This document shows, piece by piece, positions 54,079-62,470 of a stretch of DNA of 64,000 nucleotides; positions within the stretch are counted from its first letter, which is position 1; every line of letters begins with the position of its first letter. The position numbers and the translations under genes were made by a program. The stretch is from a virus, in IMG/VR virus record IMGVR_UViG_3300022924_000001, positions 1-64,000 of that record. One strand, 5' to 3'. The notes under the pieces were generated by a model. That model searched no databases. It worked only from the letters and a program-made list of their open reading frames with translations, and had not been told where the DNA came from.

Positions 54079-54299
54079 AAAAGTACTTCGAGTTTAGATT
54101 TTACAAAGGGAGTTATCAGAATTTACGAGCTTACAAATTTGATTATGAGAATTGTAATTATTTTATTACTTTAGTTTTCTTTCAGTTTCAAATTAGAGTT
54201 ATTTTTAATTTTTACCCCCGAAAAAATAATCAGGAATTAAAAACATACGGTTTCCATTTTTCACCTTCTAGGGTTATATCAGGTTGCTGGTTTTGGTAG
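54075..54299 (+). CDS. hypothetical protein (74 aa); the same frame continues past its TAG
   Basis: ORF track. See the finding on the in-frame TAG at 54297-54299. Confidence 0.5.
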   Translation: MKKYFEFRFYKGSYQNLRAYKFDYENCNYFITLVFFQFQIRVIFNFYPRKNNQELKTYGFHFSPSRVISGCWFW

Positions 54300-54398
54300 G
54301 GAGAAAATCTAAAACTAGTTGAATATCCTTGGCGGTACAGATTCTATAAACAAGGGGTTCTTTTAAAAGAAGGATATTGGTTAGATGACGCATTTCAT

Positions 54399-54713
54399 TT
54401 GGATAATGAAATAAGAGATAAAATGTACTGCTTAGATTATTTATATACCTATAAACTTATTTCAGGAGAAGAGCAAAAAATACCCGTAAAAGTTTACGTT
54501 ATTCGGTTAGAATTTAGAAGAAAACCTTTCATGAAAACTTTACTATTTAATAAGACTCGGGACTATATAGTCGTAGAGCCTAGCAAAAAAATAGGGGAGA
54601 TGGCAAATATATCAGATGTATATATGGTTAGACATGAGTATATGATGAAAAAAGGTGAGGATGCTATGCAAACAATAATGAGGATGGAACGAGAAAGAAG
54701 GTTTAATAGATAG
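54399..54713 (+). CDS. hypothetical protein (104 aa from TTG); in frame with 54075-54299
   Basis: ORF track. There is no ATG, GTG or TTG between the TAG (54297) and 54399, yet the frame stays open for 33 codons. Confidence 0.5.
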   Translation: MDNEIRDKMYCLDYLYTYKLISGEEQKIPVKVYVIRLEFRRKPFMKTLLFNKTRDYIVVEPSKKIGEMANISDVYMVRHEYMMKKGEDAMQTIMRMERERRFNR

Positions 54714-54716
54714 ATT

Positions 54717-54857
54717 ATGAAAACAACAAATAAAGATATGGAAGAGTTATACAGATATTTAAATAAGAACAATATTTCTTTTAGTGTCGATAATAATCCA
54801 AGCCCAGAGAAGATAGAGAGAATAGAAAAATCTATAAAAAATAATATTGGGAAGTAG
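54717..54857 (+). CDS. hypothetical small protein (46 aa)
   Basis: Read by hand: MKTTNKDMEELYRYLNKNNISFSVDNNPSPEKIERIEKSIKNNIGK. Confidence 0.35.
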   Translation: MKTTNKDMEELYRYLNKNNISFSVDNNPSPEKIERIEKSIKNNIGK

Positions 54858-55227
54858 AGTAGTAAAAACCAGAAATAATTTCACTTTATCCGAATCTGCC
54901 TTTTGGGGATTTATCAGGAGCACTCTTAGAAATGCCTCTAGATGGTGGAAGCCTATTACACAATGTAAGCTAGAATCCAGAAGAGTTTATAAAGGAAATA
55001 ATAAACTTCAAAAGTGGGAATATAAATGTAATCACTGTAAAGGCTGGTTCATGGATAAAGAAGTACAGGTTGACCACATAGTAGATGCAGGATCATTAAC
55101 AAATGGAGATGATTTAAAAGGATTTGTTGAAAGACTGTTTTGTGAGGTGGGTGGATTTCAAGTTTTGTGCAAGCCCTGTCATCAAATAAAAACAAATAAT
55201 GCTAGGGTTAAAAATAAGCTTAAATAA
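54847..55227 (+). CDS. HNH endonuclease
   Basis: CNHCKGW ... VQVDHIVD ... CKPCHQIKTNN is a CxxC...DH...CxxCH HNH signature. The track start is TTG. Confidence 0.75.
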   Translation: MGSRVVKTRNNFTLSESAFWGFIRSTLRNASRWWKPITQCKLESRRVYKGNNKLQKWEYKCNHCKGWFMDKEVQVDHIVDAGSLTNGDDLKGFVERLFCEVGGFQVLCKPCHQIKTNNARVKNKLK

Positions 55228-55238
55228 AAACATTTGAT

Positions 55239-55349
55239 ATGATAACAGAGGAAAATTGTAATAAAGGGCTTTTTATTTTTATGGGAGTTATTGGCATTGT
55301 CATAGCTGTACTTAGTTTTTACATGGCCTTTACACTAGATAAAGAATAA
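55239..55349 (+). CDS. small membrane protein (36 aa)
   Basis: Read by hand: MITEENCNKGLFIFMGVIGIVIAVLSFYMAFTLDKE, with one TM helix. Confidence 0.35.
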   Translation: MITEENCNKGLFIFMGVIGIVIAVLSFYMAFTLDKE

Positions 55350-55352
55350 AAA

Positions 55353-55559
55353 ATGATATACAAGATTAACAAAACCGTAGTACCAGAAGGAGCTTTTAGG
55401 CTAGCCTGCCTGCTAACTAAAGATATACTTAGAAAAATCGGCAAGAAAAAACCTAAGTTGAAAATAAAAGCATATAAGCAGGATGATAAGTGGATTAAAG
55501 AAGTCTGTAAAAAGGGAATTATTTTACAACTATATAAAAAATCAATAAATGATATATAA
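55353..55559 (+). CDS. hypothetical basic protein (68 aa); N-terminus paralogous to the next gene
   Basis: MIYKINKTVVPEGAF versus MIYKINDMVVTEEEF in the next gene. Confidence 0.5.
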   Translation: MIYKINKTVVPEGAFRLACLLTKDILRKIGKKKPKLKIKAYKQDDKWIKEVCKKGIILQLYKKSINDI

Positions 55560-56466
55560 AATAAACGACATGGTAGTAACAGAGGAGGAATTTAATAACA
55601 ATCTTTCTCGATTAAATCCTGTGGATATTATGCCCAAATTTGTAATTGAGGATGATGCAGAGCCGACAGCCCCAGAATTAAAATTTCGATATCTGACAAG
55701 AGGGGAAGTTATAGGCTTAAATAGATGGGAAAAACATCCAGCGGCAGATAAAGAGGGAAGGGTGAAAGTGAAAATTCTAAATTATGATGAGGATAAAAAA
55801 GAAAAAGACAAAAAACTGTTAGAGGAAGCCGATAAGCACCAAGAAAAAATAGGTGGTAGGGTAGACTATGACAGGATTATATACGGTTTTAAACCAAATT
55901 ATAGCCAAGATGTAATAGATGCAAGTAAAACTAAAGAAATACAGAAAAAGATAAATATGCAGCAAAGTAAAGAGTGGGTACAAGAAAACCCTGATCACAA
56001 TCTTGTTTTTACAGCATTAGAATCTAAAGCTAAAATTTTCCAAGATAAACAAGCCGCAAAAAAACAAAAAAACTCAGGTAAGGGAATAGCCTGTGAACAA
56101 TCTAAAACTAATACCAGAGAAGGATTTATACCCTTAACTTATAAAGTCAAACAAGACAGAATTATAGAAGAAGGGATTGGATCATATAAAGGAATTAAAG
56201 AAAGTGCTGCCAAAACAGACTACTCCGAAATAGATTGGGATTTTATTGAGGGGATGGCCAAAAGGATGTCGGGAAATAAAAACAAATACCCCAAAGACAA
56301 CTGGAAGAAACCTATTGATATCAATGAATTAAAACAGTCGTTATTCAGGCATGTACGCGAGATAATGCTGGGTAATTATGATGATGAAGGATATTTAGGT
56401 CACCTATATGCAACAGCCTTAAATGCACAGATAATAGCTTACCAGCTTAAAAATAATCAAAAATGA
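55549..56466 (+). CDS. protein with C-terminal MazG-like all-alpha NTP pyrophosphohydrolase-type domain (DUF5664 / dATP-dGTP diphosphohydrolase N-terminal-like)
   Basis: DWDFIEGMAKRMSGNKNKYPKDNWKKPIDINELKQSLFRHVREIMLGNYDDEGYLGHLYATALNAQIIAYQL fits the KY..NW...S..RH...D.E.HL...N pattern of that family. Confidence 0.55.
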   Translation: MIYKINDMVVTEEEFNNNLSRLNPVDIMPKFVIEDDAEPTAPELKFRYLTRGEVIGLNRWEKHPAADKEGRVKVKILNYDEDKKEKDKKLLEEADKHQEKIGGRVDYDRIIYGFKPNYSQDVIDASKTKEIQKKINMQQSKEWVQENPDHNLVFTALESKAKIFQDKQAAKKQKNSGKGIACEQSKTNTREGFIPLTYKVKQDRIIEEGIGSYKGIKESAAKTDYSEIDWDFIEGMAKRMSGNKNKYPKDNWKKPIDINELKQSLFRHVREIMLGNYDDEGYLGHLYATALNAQIIAYQLKNNQK

Positions 56467-56756
56467 GATACAGGAAAAGACCAGTAGAGGTAGAGGCACT
56501 AGTGTGGACAGGAGGTAATCACAGAGAAATGTATAACTATTTAGGCGGAAATCCAGATGAGTGTATTAGTAGTTATGGTGATAATTTTTATATAAGCTTT
56601 ACTGTGAGCCCTTCCGGGTTGGTAATAAGGACTTCTGAAGGTGATATGGCAGCAAATAAGGGAGATTACATAATTAAAGAACCTTTTGATAAAGAAAGAG
56701 GTTATTATCCTTGCAAACCAGATATTTTCGAATTAACTTATGAAAAAGTAGAATAA
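56463..56756 (+). CDS. N4 gp49 / Sf6 gp66-family-like protein (97 aa)
   Basis: KRPVEVEALVWTG ... GDYIIKEPFDKERGYYPCKPDIFELTYEKV resembles that family. Confidence 0.5.
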   Translation: MRYRKRPVEVEALVWTGGNHREMYNYLGGNPDECISSYGDNFYISFTVSPSGLVIRTSEGDMAANKGDYIIKEPFDKERGYYPCKPDIFELTYEKVE

Positions 56757-56799
56757 TAGTTTGCACATATAATAAATTATCACTATCTTTACATTATAA

Positions 56800-57240
56800 A
56801 TGAAGCTACTCAAACTAACCACATCCGATAAAGTTTTGACTGAGGAAGCTCAGCAGAGACAAGATGCTTTTGATAATGAGTACTTGGTTGATTCCAGCGG
56901 CAGAGGTTTTGAAGAATGGGATAATTTAGGTATTCCCCCATCTAAAGAACTTCTTGAAAAAGAAAATGAGGAGCTTGTTTTTGAGGACAGTGATTATGAG
57001 TATCTGAATTATAGCCTTATTCTAAATATTAAAGAATTTTGTTATTGTTTAGATGAAGAAGAAAGTACCGTGGTGTATACCAAAAGCGGTAATTCTTTAA
57101 GAGTTGCGGAAAATTGTGAAGAAATAGAAAAACAAATACTTTGTCTCCACTCAAATGTATTTTCAAATTTAAAAATGTGGATAATAAAAAACATACAAAA
57201 TGGAATACAAAAATTATTCGCTTTCAACAGGAAAGGCTAA
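56800..57240 (+). CDS. hypothetical acidic protein (146 aa)
   Basis: ORF track. Confidence 0.55.
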   Translation: MKLLKLTTSDKVLTEEAQQRQDAFDNEYLVDSSGRGFEEWDNLGIPPSKELLEKENEELVFEDSDYEYLNYSLILNIKEFCYCLDEEESTVVYTKSGNSLRVAENCEEIEKQILCLHSNVFSNLKMWIIKNIQNGIQKLFAFNRKG

Positions 57241-57877
57241 GTTTTATTTAAAGTCAAAAACACCGGAAGCCGGATTTGAAGAAGTTACTTATGGAACCGA
57301 CAACAAGAAAACATACCATCAGTATGCTGCTTCTATCAAAGGTGTGCCCACTTATTTGGAGACCAAGAGTATTGAGTTTGATGGGCGTACGATAAAATTT
57401 CTGGAACTTACTTTGATGGACGGTGACACTGCAAACAAACTGTCATTACCCCTTAAAAACAAAAGCGGTTATACAGATGAAGTTAAAGTGTTGATATCTG
57501 CTTTGAACGGGCTTGAATTGGGCGAGGAAGTTGTGTTGAATCCCAGTGTGAATAAGTACACCAATGCAAAAGGACAGGCAAAAGAAAGTTTACAGCTTTA
57601 CATCAATTACGTAAATAAAAAAAATGAGCAGGGTAAATCCCAAAGTACAGGGTATATTCCTTTTGCTGAGATTCCTAAACCTGTGTCAAAAGTTGTTGCC
57701 GGAGATACCACTTGGGACTGGAGTGAGCAGACAGAATACTATTGGAATAAACTTACGGAAATTGAAGCCCGTTTTAAAAATCAGACGACAAGTTCTGGTA
57801 CAGAAGCTCCGAAACCTGTGGTGGATGAAAAGAAGAGTTTTATAGCAGAGGCATCAAGTAATGAATTGCCTTTTTAA
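57200..57877 (+). CDS. single-stranded DNA-binding protein candidate (225 aa)
   Basis: Beta-rich N-terminal two thirds, a flexible S/T/P/E linker, and a C-terminal tip SSNELPF resembling the SSB DDDIPF tip. It lies in the DNA-metabolism module. Confidence 0.45.
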   Translation: MEYKNYSLSTGKAKFYLKSKTPEAGFEEVTYGTDNKKTYHQYAASIKGVPTYLETKSIEFDGRTIKFLELTLMDGDTANKLSLPLKNKSGYTDEVKVLISALNGLELGEEVVLNPSVNKYTNAKGQAKESLQLYINYVNKKNEQGKSQSTGYIPFAEIPKPVSKVVAGDTTWDWSEQTEYYWNKLTEIEARFKNQTTSSGTEAPKPVVDEKKSFIAEASSNELPF

Positions 57878-58430
57878 AACGTTGGATAGTGATACTCAAC
57901 AGGTTTGTATATTATGTGGCATCACTAAAAACCTTGAAGATTTTTACCAGCATAAGCAAATGAAATTAGGCGTAGACAGTAAGTGTAAGGAATGTGTCAA
58001 ATGCAGAGCTTCTAAAAGATATCAAATATTATCTTTAAATGCGGACTTTATAGAAAATGAGCGCTTACGTCACAGACTAAAGTATAAGACTTGTAATTAC
58101 CGTAGTAAACAGAAGGAGTGGGATGAAAACAAGCCGTGGAAAAAGACAACTATATATAAAAGTTTAAACAAAAAATTAAATTTACCTAGTGGATTAGAAG
58201 TACATCACTGGAATTATAATGATGATTTTTTGGAAGATGTGTTTATTTTAAGTAGAATAGAGCATAAAAGATTACATCAGTACTTGAATTTAGATTTAGA
58301 AAAAAGGTTATTCTATCTTTCTGACGGAACTCTTTTAGATACCAGAGAAAAGCATTTAGCTTTTATAAATAATTTAGATAAAAATAAAAACTATGAAAAA
58401 AGATTTAAACCCGCTGAATCATTGGTATGA
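57861..58430 (+). CDS. HNH endonuclease-like protein (189 aa)
   Basis: CILCG ... CKECVKC zinc-finger-like N-terminus. LEVHHWNYNDDF...RIEHKRLH is an H-N-H core. Confidence 0.6.
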   Translation: MNCLFKTLDSDTQQVCILCGITKNLEDFYQHKQMKLGVDSKCKECVKCRASKRYQILSLNADFIENERLRHRLKYKTCNYRSKQKEWDENKPWKKTTIYKSLNKKLNLPSGLEVHHWNYNDDFLEDVFILSRIEHKRLHQYLNLDLEKRLFYLSDGTLLDTREKHLAFINNLDKNKNYEKRFKPAESLV

Positions 58431-58812
58431 GGGCGAAGAGAATATAAGTATAAATGCACGTGAATATGGGCTTCTTAAAACCGCTTTGGAGCAGGCAATG
58501 GCTCTGGTTATAGAAACCACTTATCCCGAGATAACAGGATTTGTAGACAAGACAGGTGCTGTTGTGGAGAAACCCACTCAGAAACAATTTGAAAATGAGG
58601 AGGTACAGCAGGTTGTAATGCCTGACAAGACTTTTTCTGCGGCAAATAGAAAAGTACATTACAAATCAACTGTAACCAATGAGCTTATTGCAGCAAATGA
58701 ACTGATATTAAGCATCCACATGAGGAATATCGAGGCTGGTAATACAAAGACACTTGAAGAGCTTCAGAAAATATATGAAACCAAGAAAGCATCTAAACTA
58801 GAGGTAGTGTAA
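58393..58812 (+). CDS. hypothetical protein (139 aa)
   Basis: ORF track. Confidence 0.55.
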   Translation: MKKDLNPLNHWYEGEENISINAREYGLLKTALEQAMALVIETTYPEITGFVDKTGAVVEKPTQKQFENEEVQQVVMPDKTFSAANRKVHYKSTVTNELIAANELILSIHMRNIEAGNTKTLEELQKIYETKKASKLEVV

Positions 58813-59057
58813 TGGAAGAAATAGATAATTGGAATGTTAAGGCTTGGTATTTTAGCCGGGAACTTCAGAAAATAAGAAACGCTTTTAAAAATATAAGCTA
58901 CCTGTCATTTTTGGAGGAGAAAGAAAAGGTGTTTTTTAAAGTGAAATTTAAAAATAATACTAATTTCAATGTTTTGATACCTGACGGGCTAAAGAGCTTA
59001 GAGGATAAAGATTTTAACAGACTTAGAGAGATTATAACAGAGCATGCAGGAAATTAA
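58812..59057 (+). CDS. hypothetical protein (81 aa)
   Basis: ORF track. Confidence 0.55.
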   Translation: MEEIDNWNVKAWYFSRELQKIRNAFKNISYLSFLEEKEKVFFKVKFKNNTNFNVLIPDGLKSLEDKDFNRLREIITEHAGN

Positions 59058-59065
59058 ACTACAAT

Positions 59066-59455
59066 ATGAAATGCTTTTGGACAGCGGGGATCTATACGAA
59101 CTATTTCCCCGTGCCACTGGCTCATGGTCAAAAGATGGAAAGAAATTCACTCAAATATATAAGGAAAATCTCAAGACAATGGAAGGATTTGAATCCTGAT
59201 GAGCTAAGTAAGTATTTCCACCAGTTCTGTGATATAAGCTATAGGGATATTGAGATAGTCTGTGGCCTTGCAGAACGAAGAAACTACTTCCAGATACTTT
59301 ATAGTTACGATATCCGCAATACCCTTATCCTTCAACAGTATTTCTTGGATAATGAGATGTACTTGGATTGTGCGGATGTACAAGACCAGATTGAAAACCA
59401 TAATAAGTTAACCGGGGACTGTCTTCCTTATCTATTAAAAGACTTAAAAAAATGA
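59066..59455 (+). CDS. hypothetical protein (129 aa); 5' boundary uncertain
   Basis: ORF track. A competing 51-codon ORF at 59045-59200 in another frame looks at least as protein-like over the first 130 nt. Confidence 0.45.
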   Translation: MKCFWTAGIYTNYFPVPLAHGQKMERNSLKYIRKISRQWKDLNPDELSKYFHQFCDISYRDIEIVCGLAERRNYFQILYSYDIRNTLILQQYFLDNEMYLDCADVQDQIENHNKLTGDCLPYLLKDLKK

Positions 59456-59700
59456 GAGCATACGGAGAAAGAATAGTGGTGTTACCAATTACAGAAGGAA
59501 CAACAATAAAAGGTATACAGGTATCAACAGAGAAGGTTTTCACAGGTATATGTGAGGTGTATTCGGTAGGGGCAGATGTCAAGACCGATATTAAAAAAGG
59601 TGACAGGATTAAGATAATCAGTGATTCAGGAGTGAAAGTCTCAGAAGACGGTGTGGATTACATTGTTATTGTAGGTCAAAATATATTGTGTTATTTATGA
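59452..59700 (+). CDS. groS: GroES/Cpn10-like co-chaperonin (82 aa)
   Basis: Collinear with GroES. ERIVVLPI matches DRVIVKR. The G-rich loop region is TTIKGIQVS. GICEVYSVG matches GEVLAVG. IKKGDRIKII..SGVKV..DGVDYIVIVGQNIL matches [31 protein letters not shown]. Confidence 0.65.
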   Translation: MRAYGERIVVLPITEGTTIKGIQVSTEKVFTGICEVYSVGADVKTDIKKGDRIKIISDSGVKVSEDGVDYIVIVGQNILCYL

Positions 59701-60059
59701 TATTAAATATAGATGATTGCAAGGTAATAGATAATTACTTTGAGAGTGAGGGTTATACTTGGAGTGCCTTAACATTAATCGAAGCCAGTAAAGAGTGTGA
59801 GGAATTTGATATGCCGCTTGCAGGTATTAACTTAACTCATCCAGCTTGGGGAATAAAAACAATTAAGGATTTTATCTATCAGGCTAAAAGGTGTGAACGT
59901 GTAGGGGATTATCCTATTATATTAACCGATGAGGGTGTTATATGCGATGGACTTCACAGAATATGTAGGGCAATTTTGGCCGGCAAAGAAACCATAAAAG
60001 CAAAAAGATTACAAACTATGCCTAGTGCAGATAGTTATACAAAACCAGAAGAAAATTAA
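59688..60059 (+). CDS. ParB-like nuclease domain (ParB/Srx fold) protein
   Basis: VICDGLHRICRAILAG is the DGxHR motif of ParB N-terminal/sulfiredoxin-like domains. Confidence 0.6.
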   Translation: MLFMILNIDDCKVIDNYFESEGYTWSALTLIEASKECEEFDMPLAGINLTHPAWGIKTIKDFIYQAKRCERVGDYPIILTDEGVICDGLHRICRAILAGKETIKAKRLQTMPSADSYTKPEEN

Positions 60060-60069
60060 AAAGAAGACT

Positions 60070-60531
60070 ATGAATTTACAAGAAATTAAAGGAAAGTTAG
60101 AGGGAGTTGCCGAGTTATTATACGTTAATAACCGTGTATTGGACGAATATTTTGATGTACTAGGTGAATCAGAGACTACTATAGGGGTCGGGTCTGATAA
60201 GGTTGTTCCACAAGGATTATCAGCTGAAATAGATGACCTTCTCGCTATTATCGTGACGAGGTGTGAAGTTAATAGCAAATATGTAGGAAGAGTAAAGCAA
60301 TCTGTAGTGCCTAAAAGTGTTGTTACTGACTTGGAAGCTAACGTTGGATGGTCACATAAAGCAGCGCGAGCGGGAAATAACCAATGCGGCAATTTGTCTA
60401 GTAGGGATAAGGCTGGTCTTGAAAGTGCGGCGGAAGTAAAAAGTTATTATAATCACTATTTTGCGTCTGAACCTGACATGCAACGAGAAAATTTAAATAG
60501 CGTTGTTAATCTAAGTCGAGATGTTATATAA
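60070..60531 (+). CDS. hypothetical protein (153 aa from ATG 60070)
   Basis: ORF track frame. The upstream part of the track ORF overlaps the ParB-like gene, so MNLQEIKGKLEG is the preferred start. Confidence 0.55.
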   Translation: MNLQEIKGKLEGVAELLYVNNRVLDEYFDVLGESETTIGVGSDKVVPQGLSAEIDDLLAIIVTRCEVNSKYVGRVKQSVVPKSVVTDLEANVGWSHKAARAGNNQCGNLSSRDKAGLESAAEVKSYYNHYFASEPDMQRENLNSVVNLSRDVI

Positions 60532-60534
60532 GTA

Positions 60535-60777
60535 ATGCAAATAACATCTGAAAATTACTTTGATGATGAAAGGGGATGTGGACACGAGTACTCTATATTA
60601 GAAGAAAACGTCCACTATTTTATGAACTGTAATTATGTGGTTGTTACAAATTACTTTTGGGATGATATTTTGTGTGTTGAAAATGTTCATTTTGATATGG
60701 ACACAGATCCTAAGAAAGAGGTGAAGTGTTATGGTGATTGTGGGGTGAGGGTAGGATTTTGGCGGAAAAAGAAATAG
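60535..60777 (+). CDS. hypothetical Cys/His-containing protein (80 aa)
   Basis: ORF track. Confidence 0.5.
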   Translation: MQITSENYFDDERGCGHEYSILEENVHYFMNCNYVVVTNYFWDDILCVENVHFDMDTDPKKEVKCYGDCGVRVGFWRKKK

Positions 60778-60849
60778 GACAGTAAATTATGGAGTTAAAA
60801 ACATCAGAACAGTGACTAAAACCCGCCGCAAATAAAAAATATTTATAAA

Positions 60850-61125
60850 ATGAAAATAAAAGCAAAGTTTACAGAGGAGTTTGAAGATGGAGCTGTAATA
60901 AGCTGTGAACCCCAGAGAGGTAATGCGTATCTAGTAGATGAATTAGGATTCCTTATACCAGAAGGAAAATGGGATTTCTCTGATTTCAAAAAAGGTAATA
61001 TATTTTTAAAAGTGGGGTTTACCCTTAAAGAGAGTAATATGGGTAACTATGCAACACAAAACGAAGTCCGTAAAGCTGAACTCTTGGAATGTAATTTTTA
61101 CAGTGAAGGCTCATTAGAGGACTAA
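60850..61125 (+). CDS. hypothetical protein (91 aa)
   Basis: ORF track. Confidence 0.5.
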   Translation: MKIKAKFTEEFEDGAVISCEPQRGNAYLVDELGFLIPEGKWDFSDFKKGNIFLKVGFTLKESNMGNYATQNEVRKAELLECNFYSEGSLED

Positions 61126-61150
61126 GTAAAATTTCGCGAATAAAAAACAT

Positions 61151-61441
61151 ATGGAAAATAGAAAAACAGGCAAGACAACAAAACTAATAGATGAGGCTAT
61201 ACAGTATTTATTCAATACTGGTGAACTATATTTATTTAGAAGAGGCAAATTAGTAGAGAACAGTAAGATCCCAAGGGATACGAGATTATTTGTTGATCCC
61301 GACCATGCAAGAGAAAACAGGGCTCAAGAGGAGTTTATAACTAGGTTAGTGGGGCGTTTACGATTAGAGCATTATAACAGCGTTAATCTTTTTTCTAATG
61401 TCAGTTATGTGCATATAGAGGTTAAAAATTCCGGTGAATAA
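61151..61441 (+). CDS. hypothetical protein (96 aa) with an isolated P-loop-like TGKTT
   Basis: ORF track. NRKTGKTTKLID is Walker-A-like, but the protein is too short for a full ATPase. Confidence 0.5.
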   Translation: MENRKTGKTTKLIDEAIQYLFNTGELYLFRRGKLVENSKIPRDTRLFVDPDHARENRAQEEFITRLVGRLRLEHYNSVNLFSNVSYVHIEVKNSGE

Positions 61442-61464
61442 AAAATAATCAAAATTTTTAAACT

Positions 61465-62388
61465 ATGTCTACATATTACTACGATTGCGAATTTTTAGAA
61501 GGTAAACAGAAAGAGAGCTTTCCAATATCTCTATTTAGAAAAGAAACAAAACCTGGTATTGATTTAATCAGTATTGGACTGATTGCCGAAGACAACGAGG
61601 AGTATTATGCTATTTCAAAAGACTTTAATTTGACAGAAGCTTGGAATAGGTTTGAATGGAAAAAACAGTGGGTGCCGCTTGATAAAAATAATCAAGTTTG
61701 CAAAGACGTAAGAGTCTATTGGATCCGTGAAAATGTACTACTACCCATTTTTTATCAGTTAGCTCTTGACGATTTTCATTTAACCCACTTTAAAGACCAG
61801 TGGCTTGTTGATGGGAAAGAAGTGACTTTGGAAGTTTTTAAGTCTAACGCTAAATGGTCTTCAGATTTTAAGTGGTTCAAAAAACTTATTAAAAAATATG
61901 GCAAGACTAATGACCAAATCGCGGCGGAGATAAAAGAATTTATTTATAAAAAAGAAGATGTGTTATATAATCATGAAAGATGTTCTATGGAAGACATTGG
62001 AAGCGTAAAGAGCGATATTAATCTTTATGGTTACTATTCAGCCTATGACCACGTTGTATTCTGTTGGCTCTTTGGAAAAATGATGAATTTGCCTAATGGT
62101 TTCCCGATGTACACTAGAGACTTGAAGCAGATACTTGATGAAATAACTCTTGATTTACCGAAAGAGCTGATAAGAAAGCTTCAATGTAGTATATGTAATC
62201 ATAATTCTTTAGAGTATCTAGAAAACACTGGAGAAGCTTTTGAGTTAGAATTCAGGCTTAAAAGGATCAAAAAACATGCAGATTACCCAAAACAAGAGAA
62301 TGAGCATAACTCTTTATCCGATGCTAGGTGGAATAAAAAGCTTCATGAATTCTTAAAATCCCTACAGATCCAAATTTCCGGCGAATAA
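61465..62388 (+). CDS. DEDDh 3'-5' exo(ribo)nuclease, Rv2179c-like
   Basis: YYYDCEFLE (D, E), ISIGLIAEDNEEYYAISKDFN, YGYYSAYDHVVFCWLFG (D), HNSLSDARWN (H, D). Confidence 0.7.
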   Translation: MSTYYYDCEFLEGKQKESFPISLFRKETKPGIDLISIGLIAEDNEEYYAISKDFNLTEAWNRFEWKKQWVPLDKNNQVCKDVRVYWIRENVLLPIFYQLALDDFHLTHFKDQWLVDGKEVTLEVFKSNAKWSSDFKWFKKLIKKYGKTNDQIAAEIKEFIYKKEDVLYNHERCSMEDIGSVKSDINLYGYYSAYDHVVFCWLFGKMMNLPNGFPMYTRDLKQILDEITLDLPKELIRKLQCSICNHNSLEYLENTGEAFELEFRLKRIKKHADYPKQENEHNSLSDARWNKKLHEFLKSLQIQISGE

Positions 62389-62411
62389 AAAATACTATAA
62401 AAATAATTAAG

Positions 62412-62447
62412 AACCCTTGTATTAACTTACAGGGGTTTGTTCTTTAT
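62412..62447 (+). terminator. terminator-like hairpin ending the early operon
   Basis: AACCCTTGT-8 nt-ACAGGGGTT (one G.U) followed by the T-rich TGTTCTTTAT. Confidence 0.5.
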
Positions 62448-62470
62448 AAGAAGTAATGTAAGAACAAAAA

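Noticed and set aside
54297-54299. Genome-wide TAG reassignment (as in some Bacteroidota-infecting phages).
   Set aside because: TAG terminates several well-delimited ORFs here (e.g. 54713, 54857, 60777). All large late genes are intact under the standard code. Only this single site is anomalous.
59045-59200. 51-codon ORF (MQEIKLQYEMLLDSGDLYELFPRATGSWSKDGKKFTQIYKENLKTMEGFES) overlapping the 5' part of 59066-59455 in another frame; possible frameshift or mis-set start.
   Set aside because: I cannot decide between the frames without homologs, and no slippery sequence was identified. It is noted as a boundary uncertainty rather than a feature.
60009-60392. 127-aa minus-strand ORF in the early module (also 50317-50742, 51690-51875, 54563-54772, 57042-57227, 58405-58659, 59204-59582 on the minus strand).
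   Set aside because: All are antisense to better plus-strand ORFs in a uniformly plus-strand operon.
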